Shown here: positions 31,470 to 43,138 of the stretch, piece after piece
How the letters are laid out: every line of letters begins with the position of its first letter
How positions within the stretch are numbered: position 1 is the first letter of the stretch
NCBI GenBank assembly: GCA_963702425.1
Contig: CAVPCQ010000016.1
Location: forward strand, 1-64,000
DNA length: 64,000 nucleotides
Direction: 5' to 3'
Source: an uncultured Acidobacteriota bacterium
Lineage (GTDB): Bacteria > Acidobacteriota > Polarisedimenticolia > J045
The notes under the pieces: generated by a model
What the model was told of the DNA's origin: nothing
Seen by the model: only the letters and a program-made list of their open reading frames with translations
The model's database searches: none
Made by a program: the position numbers and the translations under genes

Positions 31470-34400
31470 TCAGTGGGCCGCCGCCCAGGTCGCGCCGGTC
31501 CGGGCCTCGACCCTCAGCGGGACCGACAGCCGCACGGCCCCCTCCATGCTCTCGCGTACCGCGACGAGCGTCGCCGCGGCCTCGCGCTCCGGGCACTCCA
31601 GCAGCAGCTCGTCGTGGACCTGCAGCAGCAGCCGCGCCGAGAGCCCCTCGGCGGCGAGGCGCGCCGTCACGTCAGACATCGCCTTCTTGACGATGTCGGC
31701 CGCCGTCCCCTGGATCGGCGCGTTGACCGCCTGGCGCAGCAGCCCGTCGCGCTGTGCGCGCGGCAGCCGCATCCCCTGTCCCGTCGCGTCGCGCAGCTCG
31801 GGGAAGCGCCGGATCCGACCGAAGAGGGTCCGCACCTGGCCGGTCCGCTGGACCTCGGCCATCACCGAGTCGAGGTAGCCCTTGACCTTCGGGTAGCGCT
31901 TGAAATAGGCCTCGATGAAGGCCCGCGCGTCCTCGCGGGTCAGCCCCTGCTCGCGCGCCAGCCGGAACTCCGACATCCCGTAGATGATCCCGAAGTTGAC
32001 CGCCTTGGCGCGCGAACGCATCTCGGCGGTGACTTCCTCGAGCGGCACGCCGGTGACCAGCGCCGCGGTGTAGCGGTGGATGTCGAGATCCCGCCGGAAG
32101 GCCTCGCTCAGCTCGGGGTCACCGGAGAGGTGCGCCAGGATGCGCAGCTCCATCTGCGAGTAGTCGGCAGAGACGAAGATCGAGCCCTGGTCCGGGACGA
32201 AGGCCTCGCGGATCCGCTTGCCGATCGGTGTGCGGATCGGGATGTTCTGGAGGTTGGGGTCGGACGACGAGAGCCGGCCGGTCGCGGCGCCGAGCTGGTG
32301 GAACTGGGTGTGGACCCGGCCGTCCCGCGGATCGACCAGCTTCGGCAGCGCGTCGACGTAGGTCCCCTTGAGCTTGGCCAGTTCGCGGTAGTCGAGCACC
32401 TTCGCCGGCAGCGGGTGGTCCTCGGCCAGCGCCTCGAGGTCCTCCTGGCTGGTCGAGTGGGCCTTGGTCTTGGTGGTCTTGCGCCCCGTCGGCTGGAGCT
32501 TCAGCTCGTCGAACAGCACGGTCCGGAGCTGCGGCGGCGAGCCGACGTTGAACGGGTGGCCGGCCAGCTCGAAGATCTCGCCCTCGAGCCGCGCCATCTC
32601 GGCGTCGATCTCGCGCCCCATCGCGGCCAGCCGCTCGACGTCGATCCGCACCCCCTCGTGCTCCATCTCCTCGAGGATCGCGACCAGCGGCATCTCGATC
32701 TCTTCGAAGAGCCGCCACAGCCCCTCCTCGCGCAGCTTCGCCTCGAGCGGCGCGACCAGGCGCAGCGCCACGACGGCGTCCTCGACGGCGTATCGGGCGA
32801 CCGCGGCGATGCCGACCTGGTCGAGCGTCTGCTCGACGCCGCCGCTCCGCGAGACCTCGCTGTACGGGATCATGCCGACGCCGAGGTAGCGCGTCGCCAG
32901 GTCGTCCAGGCGGTGGCTCGTGGTGCGGCCGGGATCGAGCAGCTGGGCCGCGATCAGGGTGTCGAAGACGATCCCCTGCACGACGACGCCGGCGGCGCGC
33001 AGTGCGGCGCGGTCGTACTTGAGGTTCTGGCCGGCCTTGGGGACCCCGGGGTCCTCGAGCACGCGAGCCAGCACGGGGCGCGCGTCGTCCCAGGCGGCCT
33101 GCGGCTCGCCGGTCTTGTGCCCGACCGGCAGGTAGGCGCCGCCGCCGCCGTTCCAGGCCAGGGAAACGCCGACCAGGCGCGAGGCGCGCGCGACGAGCGA
33201 ATCGGTCTCGGTGTCGACGGCGAGCGGCCGCGCCGCGGCGAGCGTCTTCGCCAGCTGCTTCAGCGCCGCAAGATCGTCCAGGACCGCGACCTCGAGCGAC
33301 GCGCCGAGCGGGGCGGGGCCGGGGGCGGCCGCGGGCGCGGGGGTCGCCGGCGCAGGCGCATCGAAGAGGCCGGGCTTGAGCGAGAGCGCCGGAGGCGGTG
33401 CCGGACGCGACGGGGCCGCGGGCGCAGTTGGTTCCGGCGCCGCGGGCGCACTGGCTTCCCCCCCGGCGTCCCCCGCCGCCGCAGCTTCGCTCGCCGATTC
33501 GAACTCCCGCTGCAGGGTCCGGAAACCGAGTCTCCGGAACAGCGCGACCGCTCCGGCGCGGTCCTCGTGACCGGCGCGCATCCGGTCGAGGTCGAGCGCC
33601 ACCGGCGCATCGGCGCGCACTGTCACCAGCTGCTTGGAGAAGTGCGCGGCGGCTTCGTTGTCGGCGAGCGAGAGCCAGACCTTCGGCTGCGTCCTGCTTT
33701 CCAGCTCCTTGAGCGCCTTCCGGAGCGCGCGCTCGGGGGTCGACGCGGTCAGGCCGGCGGCAGCGCCGAAGCGGGCGACGAACTCGGCTGCCTCGTCGCC
33801 GCCCAGCCGCTCCTCGAGCGCGGCCAGCTCGCGAGCCGCCGGCACGAGCGCGGCAAGCGCGCCGTCCAACGCCGCTGCATCGCCTGCAACGCCCGCCTCG
33901 AGCGCCACCAGCGCGCGCTCCTTCGCCTGCCACACCGCGCGGAACAGCCGCGCGCGCGCCAGCGCCGCGTCGAGCGTGTCGTAGCGGCGAATCATCGCCT
34001 TGGCGGTCTTCTCGCCGACGCCCGGGACGCCCGGGACGTTGTCGGTGGCGTCGCCCATCAGCGACAGCACGTCGACGACCTGGTCGGGCCGCGCGCCGAA
34101 GACCTCGAGGACCCCCGCCGGATCGAGGACGCGGTCGTCCTTGGCCGGGTTGAGCACGACGACGTCGGCGTCGACGAGCTGGTAGAGGTCCTTGTCGGCG
34201 GTCACCAGCACGACGTCGAGCCCGCGCGCCTTGGCCTCGCCCGCGAGGGTCGCGAGCACGTCGTCGGCCTCGAAGCCGGGCGCGGTCAGGACCGGCCAGC
34301 CCAGGACCGTCGCCGCCTCCATCGCCAGCCCGAACTGCGGGACCAGGTCGTCGGGCGGCTCGGGCCGGTTGGCCTTGTAGTCCTCGAAGATCTCGTCGCG

Positions 34401-34610
34401 GTGAGTCGGCCCCTCGACGTCGAAAGCGACGCCGAAGTGCGCCGGCTGGTTCTCGCGCAGGAGTTTGCGCACGGTGTTGACGAAGCCGAAAACGCCGCCG
34501 GTCGGCGTGCCGTCGGCCGCGCGCAGCCCCTGGATCGCAAAGAAGGCGCGGAAGACGGCGTAGGTCCCGTCGAAGAGGAACAGCTTGTCCTTCGCGCCGG
34601 CCTCGGCCAT
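31470..34610 (-). CDS. polA: DNA polymerase I
   Basis: 5'-3' exonuclease (YKANR, EADD, DKD, GDATDNVPGV), 3'-5' exonuclease (VDTET, YAVEDA) and polymerase motifs (ADYSQMELRILAH, RAKAVNFGIIYG, NAPIQGTAAD, LQVHDEL). Confidence 0.97.
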   Translation of the reverse strand: MAEAGAKDKLFLFDGTYAVFRAFFAIQGLRAADGTPTGGVFGFVNTVRKLLRENQPAHFGVAFDVEGPTHRDEIFEDYKANRPEPPDDLVPQFGLAMEAATVLGWPVLTAPGFEADDVLATLAGEAKARGLDVVLVTADKDLYQLVDADVVVLNPAKDDRVLDPAGVLEVFGARPDQVVDVLSLMGDATDNVPGVPGVGEKTAKAMIRRYDTLDAALARARLFRAVWQAKERALVALEAGVAGDAAALDGALAALVPAARELAALEERLGGDEAAEFVARFGAAAGLTASTPERALRKALKELESRTQPKVWLSLADNEAAAHFSKQLVTVRADAPVALDLDRMRAGHEDRAGAVALFRRLGFRTLQREFESASEAAAAGDAGGEASAPAAPEPTAPAAPSRPAPPPALSLKPGLFDAPAPATPAPAAAPGPAPLGASLEVAVLDDLAALKQLAKTLAAARPLAVDTETDSLVARASRLVGVSLAWNGGGGAYLPVGHKTGEPQAAWDDARPVLARVLEDPGVPKAGQNLKYDRAALRAAGVVVQGIVFDTLIAAQLLDPGRTTSHRLDDLATRYLGVGMIPYSEVSRSGGVEQTLDQVGIAAVARYAVEDAVVALRLVAPLEAKLREEGLWRLFEEIEMPLVAILEEMEHEGVRIDVERLAAMGREIDAEMARLEGEIFELAGHPFNVGSPPQLRTVLFDELKLQPTGRKTTKTKAHSTSQEDLEALAEDHPLPAKVLDYRELAKLKGTYVDALPKLVDPRDGRVHTQFHQLGAATGRLSSSDPNLQNIPIRTPIGKRIREAFVPDQGSIFVSADYSQMELRILAHLSGDPELSEAFRRDLDIHRYTAALVTGVPLEEVTAEMRSRAKAVNFGIIYGMSEFRLAREQGLTREDARAFIEAYFKRYPKVKGYLDSVMAEVQRTGQVRTLFGRIRRFPELRDATGQGMRLPRAQRDGLLRQAVNAPIQGTAADIVKKAMSDVTARLAAEGLSARLLLQVHDELLLECPEREAAATLVAVRESMEGAVRLSVPLRVEARTGATWAAAH

Positions 34611-34624
34611 CGCGGCAGCCCGGT

Positions 34625-35137
34625 CTAGAACGGGCTGAACCCCTGCTCCGCGAACCACGAGTCGCGCATCTGGCGCTCGAGGTCGACCAGCGTCTCGAGG
34701 TGCCCGGCCTCCCACTCCGCGAGGAAGCGGAAGACCTTGGCCGACTCCTCGTCGGGGCAGCGGGTCGCGGCGTCCTGGTAGAAGTGGATCGCCGAGCGCT
34801 CCAGCTCCGCGCCAGCCGCGACGACCGCCATCTCGAAGTCGCCGCCCTTTACGCGCTGCAGGAACGACGGGGTCAGGATCTCGGAGTGGTCCAGCGGCGA
34901 GAGGTTCTCCGGGGTCGCCGGCATCGCCCACTCGCCTTTCTCCCACAGCGAGCGGAAGTTGGTCTCGAGGAAGTCCTTGTGGTGCTTCTCGTCCTCGGCC
35001 AGCGACTTGAACATCTCCTTCGCGGCCGGGTCGGTGGCGCGCTCGGCGGCGGCCTTGTAGACCTCGTAGCCGCGCAGCTCGGTGATGATCGCGGTCTTGA
35101 CGGCCTCGAGGACGATCTTGCGCGACGCGGTGTCCAT
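34625..35137 (-). CDS. Rubrerythrin/ferritin-like diiron protein
   Basis: Paired motifs E..GYEVY/LAEDEKHH and ELERSAIHFY/LAEWEAGH. AAGGAG RBS and an upstream TAGAAT. Confidence 0.88.
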   Translation of the reverse strand: MDTASRKIVLEAVKTAIITELRGYEVYKAAAERATDPAAKEMFKSLAEDEKHHKDFLETNFRSLWEKGEWAMPATPENLSPLDHSEILTPSFLQRVKGGDFEMAVVAAGAELERSAIHFYQDAATRCPDEESAKVFRFLAEWEAGHLETLVDLERQMRDSWFAEQGFSPF

Positions 35138-35207
35138 GGGGGCTCCTTGGGGGGTCCTGGCGGGTTCCGGGATGGAGCCGCGATTCTAGCAGCCCCCCGG
35201 ACCCCCG

Positions 35208-36724
<1,517 letters not shown>

Positions 36725-36728
<4 letters not shown>

Positions 36729-38194
36729 GGCGTGGTGACCTCCGGGCGGGCGGCCGGCAGCACGACGTCGAAGCGCGCGCCCGTCGTCCGCCCCGGCTGA
36801 AGCACGAGGCGGCCGCCGTGGGAGCGCACGAGGCCGTAGGCAACGGAGAGGCCGAGCCCGGTCCCCTGACCGGGCGGCTTGGTGGTGAAGAACGGCTCGA
36901 AGATCCGCTCGCGGATCTCCGGCGGGACGCCGGGCCCGTCGTCCTCGACCGAAGCGACGAGCTCATCCGGATCGGCGCCGTCGGCTTCGCGGCCGCGACC
37001 GACGCGGAGCGTGATCGTCCCGCCCGCGGAGGCCGCGTCGGCGGCGTTGAGCACCAGCGCGAGCAGGACCTGCACCAGCTGGTCCTCGTCGGCCTGGATC
37101 GGCGGCAGACCGGGCTCGGCCTCGACCGCGATCGACAGCTTGGCGACCCGCGGGTTGTGCCGGAGCACGAAGAGCGCGCGGCACGCGATCGACTCGAGGT
37201 CGCAGGCGCGGCGCGCGCCGGCCCCCTTGACGCGCGAGAAGTCGAGCAGCCCCCCGAGGATCCCGGCGCAGCGGTAGGCCTCCTGCTCGATTACCTCGGC
37301 GTCGGCCCGCACTTCTTCGCGATCGGTCCCGTCGAGCGGCTGCGCCAGGCGGCGGCGCAGCGCCTCGGCGCAGCCGGCGATCGTCGCCAGGGGGTTCCGG
37401 ATCTCGTGCGCGACGCCGGCGGCCAGGCGCCCGGCCGCGGCGAGCGTCTCGGTCTGGGCGATCGAACGTTCCATCGCGCGCTGCTCGGTGACGTCCTGGG
37501 CGAAGGTGACGACATGGGTCACGGCGCCGCCGCTGCCGAGGCGCATCGGCAGCCGCTCGACGCGGTAGATCCTCGGCGATTCCTGCCCCTCGACCTCGTA
37601 CGACCGGGCGCGCCCTTCGCGGAAGATCGCTTCGTACTCGCGGCGCAGCGCGTCGTCGTCGCCGGTCACCGAGAACAGGCTCTGGCCCAGCACCTCGCCG
37701 CGCGGCCGGCCGAGCGGGCCGTCCTCGCGCCCGCGGTTCCAGACCACCACCCGGGCCTCGCGGTCGATCGCGTGCAGCGAGACCGGCAGCGCGTCGAGCA
37801 CCGCCTGGAACAGCACCCGCTCACCGACCTCGTCGGCGCGGCGCGACGCGGCGCGCCCGCCGGCCAGCGCCCGGCCGGCGCGGATCGTGATCTCCTCGTC
37901 GCTTTCGGAGGGGGAGACGACGTCGGCCGCGCCGGCGTGAAAGAGCGCGACCCGCGCGTCGGCCAGCGTCGTCGGAGCCAGCCCGATCGCCGCCGCCGCG
38001 CCGGCCTCCAGCGCGGCGCGCAGCGAGGACGGCCCCTGGCCCGGCCCGCCCGCGTCGCTGTCGACCAGCACCAGCGCCCCGGGCTGAATCGCGTCGAGGT
38101 AGGGCACCCCCAGGCGCCCGGCCACCGCGCGCGCGGCACGCTCCAGCGCGGCGGGGCCGATCCCCGCGACGCCGGCCAGCTTCTGCGATGCCAT
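36725..38194 (-). CDS. Cytoplasmic PAS sensor histidine kinase with a degenerate REC-like N-terminus
   Basis: Motifs GVAHEIRNPL, EDDGPG, FEPFFTTK and GTGLGL. Its stop overlaps the regulator start (ATGA). Confidence 0.9.
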
Positions 38195-38397
38195 CCCCGG
38201 CCCGTCCTCCGGCCCGGGCCGCGCATCCCCGCGCGGCCGGTCCGCCCTCTCGAGTCCCCGGCCGAATATGGGTTCCCGGCGGGGCACCGGCCAGATCGTC
38301 CAACTTCCGGTCACCCCCTTCGGGTCGATTCGTTCCACAAATCGGCCCCGGGGGGCCCCTTCGCCGTCCGAACGCATGCGCAGCGGTTCATCCGGTT

Positions 38398-38413
38398 TGG
38401 CGCGCAACTTGTA
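38398..38413 (+). promoter_or_regulatory. Candidate sigma54 -24/-12 promoter
   Basis: TGGCGCG-CAAC-TTGTA compared with consensus TGGCACG-N4-TTGCW. Spacing is correct but the -12 is GT instead of GC. Confidence 0.4.
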
Positions 38414-38435
38414 TCGGGAAGGGGCGGAGGTGCGC

Positions 38436-40283
38436 GTGAAAGCTGCGCCCGCCAGGCGCCGGACCCTGCCCTACCTCGTGCCGCTGGTCGCCGCGGCCGC
38501 GGGGGCGCTGGCGCTCTGCCTGACGGCGGGCTCGACCTGGCCGGAGCTGGTGCCGGCGGCGCTCCCGGCGCTCGTCGCGGCGCTCGTCGCGTGGGCCGCC
38601 TTCGAGCGCCTGCGAACGCGGAATGGCCAGCTCGAGCAGCTGGTCCGCCTCCACCAGCAGATGACCGAGACCTTCGCCCGCGCGATCGACGCCCGCGACG
38701 TCCGGCGGCGCGGCCACGCGCGCCGCGTGGCGATGACCAGTCTCGAACTGGGCAGGCGGCTGCTGGGAAGGCCGGGCGGCGAGGCGCTCGATCCCGCCGG
38801 GCTGGAGACGCTGCACGCCGCGGCCCTGCTCCACGACATCGGGCAGCTGGGGCTTCCCGACCACCTGCTGCGCGAGGACATCCCCGAGCAGGGGCTGGAG
38901 CAGGAGAAGTTCCGGCACCACGCCGAGCTGGGGGCCGCGATCCTGCGCGAGGTCACGCTGCCGCAGCCGCTGGCGCCGTTGGTGCGGCACCATCACGAGC
39001 GCTGGGACGGCCGTGGCTACCCCGACGGCCTGGCCGGCGAGGCGATCCCGCTCGGAGCGCGGATCATCGCCGTCGGCGACCAGCTCGAGCAGCTGCGCCG
39101 CACGCTCGGGCGGGCACCGTCGCAGAACGAGCAGGTCGATCACGTGGCGCGCCTGGCGGGGAGCGTGCTCGACCCGCACCTGGCGGACGTCTTCTGTCGC
39201 GCCGCGACCGAGATCCTCGGCGTCGTCGAGGCGGATGAATCCCAGCGGGCCTCGCAGGTCGAGGTGCACGACGCGCTCGACGACATCGGCGCGGCGCGCA
39301 GCGAGGTCTCCGTACTTTACGACCTGGCGCGGCAGCTGGGCCAGACGCTCGATCTCTCCGAGATGCTGCCCCAGGCAGTCGAGCACCTGCGGCGGATGAT
39401 GCCGGTCTCCTCGGCCGCGCTCTTCCTCGAGACCGACGGCGAACTGGCGGCGCGCGCCGCTCACGGCCCGCTGGCGCCGCTGCTGGTGCGCCGCAGCTTC
39501 ACGCCGGGCGAGGGGCACATCGGCTGGGCGTTCCTCCACGGCGTGACCGTCGTCAACGAGGACCCGCGCACCGACCTCGGCGGAACGGCCGCGGAGGACG
39601 ACGCCTGCGCGCTGCCGCGCGCCGCGGCACTCGTGCCGCTGGGCGACGACGTCGGGCGGCTGGGACTGCTCGCGCTCTACGCCGACGAGCCGGCCGCCTT
39701 CACCGACGACCACCGGCGCGTGCTGGACTCGGCGGCGGCGCAGCTGGCGCGGGCGCTGCGCAACGCGCTGCGCTACGAGGCGATCCAGCGCTCGTCGCTG
39801 ACCGACCCGCTGACCGGCATCCCCAACAGCCGCTTCCTCTACCTGCGGCTCGAACAGGAGCTGGCGCGCGCGATCCGCAGCGCGACGCCGCTGACCGTCG
39901 CCGTGATGGACCTCGACGGCTTCAAGGGGGTCAACGACCAGCACGGCCACCAGGCCGGCGACGTCGTACTGCGCCGCCTGGCGGCGATCCTGTGTGACGC
40001 GCTGCGCACCGGCGACACGGTCTGCCGCTACGCCGGCGACGAGTTCGTGGCGCTGCTGCCGGAGACGACGGTCGAGGAGGCCGAGGTGGTGCTCTCGCGG
40101 CTGAAGGAGAGCGTGCGCACGACCGGCTACGAGCTGCCGGACGGAACGGTGGTGACCGTCGGGATCAGCGTCGGCGCGGCAGCCTTCCCGGACGACGGGA
40201 GCAGTCTCGAGGAGCTGATCCACCGCGCCGACAAGGCGATGTATCGCGACAAGTCGGCGGGACGGGAGCTGGCGCGGCAGTAG
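38436..40283 (+). CDS. Membrane-anchored HD-GYP-like + GAF + GGDEF diguanylate cyclase
   Basis: Two N-terminal TMs, LLHDIGQ, HHERWDGRGYP, a GAF region, TDPLTG, DLDGFK.VND..GH, an RTGD I-site and RYAGDEF. GGAGG RBS at 38426. Confidence 0.9.
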   Translation: MKAAPARRRTLPYLVPLVAAAAGALALCLTAGSTWPELVPAALPALVAALVAWAAFERLRTRNGQLEQLVRLHQQMTETFARAIDARDVRRRGHARRVAMTSLELGRRLLGRPGGEALDPAGLETLHAAALLHDIGQLGLPDHLLREDIPEQGLEQEKFRHHAELGAAILREVTLPQPLAPLVRHHHERWDGRGYPDGLAGEAIPLGARIIAVGDQLEQLRRTLGRAPSQNEQVDHVARLAGSVLDPHLADVFCRAATEILGVVEADESQRASQVEVHDALDDIGAARSEVSVLYDLARQLGQTLDLSEMLPQAVEHLRRMMPVSSAALFLETDGELAARAAHGPLAPLLVRRSFTPGEGHIGWAFLHGVTVVNEDPRTDLGGTAAEDDACALPRAAALVPLGDDVGRLGLLALYADEPAAFTDDHRRVLDSAAAQLARALRNALRYEAIQRSSLTDPLTGIPNSRFLYLRLEQELARAIRSATPLTVAVMDLDGFKGVNDQHGHQAGDVVLRRLAAILCDALRTGDTVCRYAGDEFVALLPETTVEEAEVVLSRLKESVRTTGYELPDGTVVTVGISVGAAAFPDDGSSLEELIHRADKAMYRDKSAGRELARQ

Positions 40284-40286
40284 CCG

Positions 40287-40958
40287 CTACGACAGGGCCA
40301 CCTTCCGCCGCGAGCGCTCCATCCGCTCCCGCACCCGCTCCGCCACGTCCTCGGGCACCGGCCCGTGGTGCATCACGGCGCGGTCGAGGTCGATCACGTA
40401 GAGCGCGTCCTCGGAGCGCAGGATGTTGCCGAGGTTGAGGTCGCGGTGCTCGAGGCCACGCTCGAGCAGCAGCTCGCAGAAGCGCCGCGCCTCGTCCCAC
40501 AGCGCGGCGCGGCGCGCGGGGTCCCGCTCTTCCGCCAGCAGACGCGCCATGTCGATCGCGTCCTTCAGGAACGCGCTCATTCCCCAGGCCCGCCAGCCGG
40601 GCCGTGCCGGGAGCAGCACCACCCCCAGCGGTCGCGCGGTCGGGACGCCGGCCGCCGCGGCGAGCCGGCCGGTCTCCAGCTCCGCCACGAAGCGCTCGCA
40701 GTCGAAATAGCGCTCGCGGTTGAAGCTGGCGACGACGCCGCCGCGCAGGTACTGCTTGACCAGCAGCGCCGGTCCGCCGGGGATCGGCACCACGGCCCGC
40801 GGTCCGCGCCCGGTGCCCGGGCCGTCGGGTCGTGGCGCCAGCCGCTCCCAGGGCCGCCCGAGCCCGGCCGCCAGCACGGCGTCGGCGAGCGCCGCGTCGA
40901 GGACGCAGGTCGCTTCGCCCTCCTCGCGGACGACGAATCCCGGGGGGGCCACGATCAC
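40287..40958 (-). CDS. Kdo kinase / LPS kinase family protein (KdkA/InaA-like)
   Basis: Motifs GTGRG, VKQYLRGG, HRDLNLGNIL and VIDLDR. Confidence 0.82.
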   Translation of the reverse strand: MIVAPPGFVVREEGEATCVLDAALADAVLAAGLGRPWERLAPRPDGPGTGRGPRAVVPIPGGPALLVKQYLRGGVVASFNRERYFDCERFVAELETGRLAAAAGVPTARPLGVVLLPARPGWRAWGMSAFLKDAIDMARLLAEERDPARRAALWDEARRFCELLLERGLEHRDLNLGNILRSEDALYVIDLDRAVMHHGPVPEDVAERVRERMERSRRKVALS

Positions 40959-41779
40959 GCGTCCGGCCCCGCGGCGCTGCCGGCCCCGGCGCGTGGGTCG
41001 ATCGCCTCGCCCCCGGCGCGCGTCAGCTCCCAGAGCCGCGCGTATTTCATATAGACCGTCATCGCCGTGAAAGCGGCCAGCACCAGCCCCGGGCCGCCGT
41101 CGAGGAAGCCGCGCTTGAGCACGTACGCCCGCACGAAGCGCGCGATCGGCCGACTGAAGACGGTGAAGGCCGAGGCCCGCCGGCCGCGCCGGTGCGCCTC
41201 GCGCGCACCGGCCTCGGCCCAGCGCCAGGCTTTCGGCACGTACTGCGGGAAGGAGCGGAAGGTGTCGTGCAGCAGCGGCGCGGCCAGCGCCGGGAGCGGC
41301 CCGGGCAGATCGATCTCCTCGTGCACCAGCCGGTCGTCGTAGCGCGCCGTGTCGCGCGCGATCAGGCGGATCACCTTGTCCGTGCCCCAGCCGCCGTGCT
41401 TCATCACGCGCCCGAGGAAGCGGTTCTCGCGCGGGATCCAGCTCCCGGGCGCGGCCGGCCCGCCGGCGGCGAACAGCGCGCGCAGCTCGGAGGCCAGCGC
41501 GGGCGAGACCTGCTCGTCGGCGTCGAGGATCAGGACCCACGGGTGCTTGCACTGCGGGATCGCCCAGTTCTTCTGGCGGGCCGGCGACTCGTAGGGGTGC
41601 TCGAGGATCCGCGCGCCGTGCCCCAGCGCGAGCGCCAGCGTCCGGTCGGTCGAGCCGGAGTCGACGACCAGCAGCTCGCCTGCAAGGCCGGCCACGGACG
41701 CCAGGCAGGCTCCGATCGTCTGCTCCTCGTCGCGGGTGGTGACGAGCACCGAGATCGGCAGCGGCGGCGCGCCGCTCAC
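40955..41779 (-). CDS. Family 2 glycosyltransferase (WaaE/KdtX-like LPS core glucosyltransferase)
   Basis: Motifs VVDSGSTDRT, QKNWA, WVLILDADE, VHE and GFLDG. Confidence 0.9.
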   Translation of the reverse strand: MSGAPPLPISVLVTTRDEEQTIGACLASVAGLAGELLVVDSGSTDRTLALALGHGARILEHPYESPARQKNWAIPQCKHPWVLILDADEQVSPALASELRALFAAGGPAAPGSWIPRENRFLGRVMKHGGWGTDKVIRLIARDTARYDDRLVHEEIDLPGPLPALAAPLLHDTFRSFPQYVPKAWRWAEAGAREAHRRGRRASAFTVFSRPIARFVRAYVLKRGFLDGGPGLVLAAFTAMTVYMKYARLWELTRAGGEAIDPRAGAGSAAGPDA

Positions 41780-42549
41780 TTCGCCTCGCTCCCCTTCGGC
41801 GCCCGCGGCTGCACGACCCACGCCACGCCGATGCTCAGCAGGTAGAGCCCGATCATCGGCAGGGCGAAGATCGTCATCGTCATCATGTCCGGCGTCGGGG
41901 TCAGGATCGCCGCCAGCACGAAGATCACGAAGATCGCCTTGTCGAGCTGCTTCCACAGGCCGCGCGCGCTGACGATCCCGAACCGCGCCAGCGCCAGGGC
42001 GAGCAGCGGCATCTCGAACATCAGCCCCAGGCCCAGCAGCAGCTTGCTGGCGAACGAGAAGGCGCTGTCGACGGTGATGTGGCTCTGGAACCCGGTCCCC
42101 TGGTCGGCCAGGAACTTCGCCGCCGTGGGGACCGCGACGTAGTAGGAGAAGGCCGCGCCGGCGGCGAAGAGCAAGCTGCCAGCGGTGATCACCGGCACGA
42201 TCCAGCGCCGCTCGCGCGGGTAGAGGCCGGGCGCGACGAAGGACCAGGCCTGGTAGAGGATCATCGGCAGGCCGATGAAGATCCCGCCCAGCAGCGCGGC
42301 CTTCATCTTGTTCATGAAGGCTTCGGCCGGACGGATCACGCTGAGCTGGCCCATCGCCTGCTGGATCGGGTCGAGCAGGAAGGCGAGCAGCCGGTCGGAG
42401 AAGATCCAGGCGACGACGAACCCGATGAACACGGCGGCGGCGGCCCAGGTGACCCGGCGGCGCAACTCGTCGAGGTGGTCGAGGAACCCCATCCTGGCGC
42501 CGGCCTCGCCGGCGTCGGGGGTCGGCTCCTCGACGGGGGGAACGGTCAC
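41776..42549 (-). CDS. tatC: Twin-arginine translocase subunit TatC
   Basis: Motifs MGFLDHLDELRRR, YQAWSFVAPGLY..E, FEMP and AAILTPTPD. Confidence 0.96.
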   Translation of the reverse strand: MTVPPVEEPTPDAGEAGARMGFLDHLDELRRRVTWAAAAVFIGFVVAWIFSDRLLAFLLDPIQQAMGQLSVIRPAEAFMNKMKAALLGGIFIGLPMILYQAWSFVAPGLYPRERRWIVPVITAGSLLFAAGAAFSYYVAVPTAAKFLADQGTGFQSHITVDSAFSFASKLLLGLGLMFEMPLLALALARFGIVSARGLWKQLDKAIFVIFVLAAILTPTPDMMTMTIFALPMIGLYLLSIGVAWVVQPRAPKGSEAK

Positions 42550-42962
42550 GGGGTGCCGGGCTGGCCGGGGTCGGACGGCGGGTCGGCGGACGGGTTCGCG
42601 GCCGGCCCGGCGTCCCCCGGCTCCGGGGCGGCCGGTCCCGGCGCAGCCGGCCCGTCGACCGCCTCCGGCGGAAGCTCGCGGCGGCGGTTGGGATCGACGT
42701 AGGGGGGCGGCCCGAACCCGGCCAGCTCGCGCGCGATCGCGCTCGCGTCGCGCTGGATCCCCTTCACCTCGCTCATCGCTCCCTTGACGTCCTCGAGCGC
42801 GACCTCCCGCTCGAGGGTCCCCTGCATGTCGCGCATCGCGTGCCGGGCCTGGGCCACGAAACCGCCGAGCTGCTTGCCGAGCTGCGGCAGGCGGCGCGGC
42901 CCGAAGATGAGCAGGGCGAGGATCATCAGGAGGAAGAACTCGGGGCCGCCGATGTCGAACAT
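42546..42962 (-). CDS. tatB: Twin-arginine translocase TatA/TatB subunit
   Basis: MFDIGGPEFFLLMILALLIFGPRRLP followed by an amphipathic helix and a Pro-rich tail. Confidence 0.85.
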   Translation of the reverse strand: MFDIGGPEFFLLMILALLIFGPRRLPQLGKQLGGFVAQARHAMRDMQGTLEREVALEDVKGAMSEVKGIQRDASAIARELAGFGPPPYVDPNRRRELPPEAVDGPAAPGPAAPEPGDAGPAANPSADPPSDPGQPGTP

Positions 42963-43138
42963 CGCGGGCGCATCGTAGCGGCGCCCCCCCGGCGGGTCAA
43001 CAGAACGGCTCCGCCCCCGGAGCCGCAAGCCCTTGCCCCTCCGGCCCTTGCGTGGCGAGCGGTGCCGCTGCAGCGGTCCGGCCGACCGTCCGGCGAGGGC
43101 GATTGGGGCGAACTTCCGGCCCACCCTATACTTCCGGC

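Noticed and set aside
33690-33960. Intein in PolA
   Set aside because: No N-terminal Cys/Ser block, no His-Asn end and no LAGLIDADG motif. The insert is short and helical.
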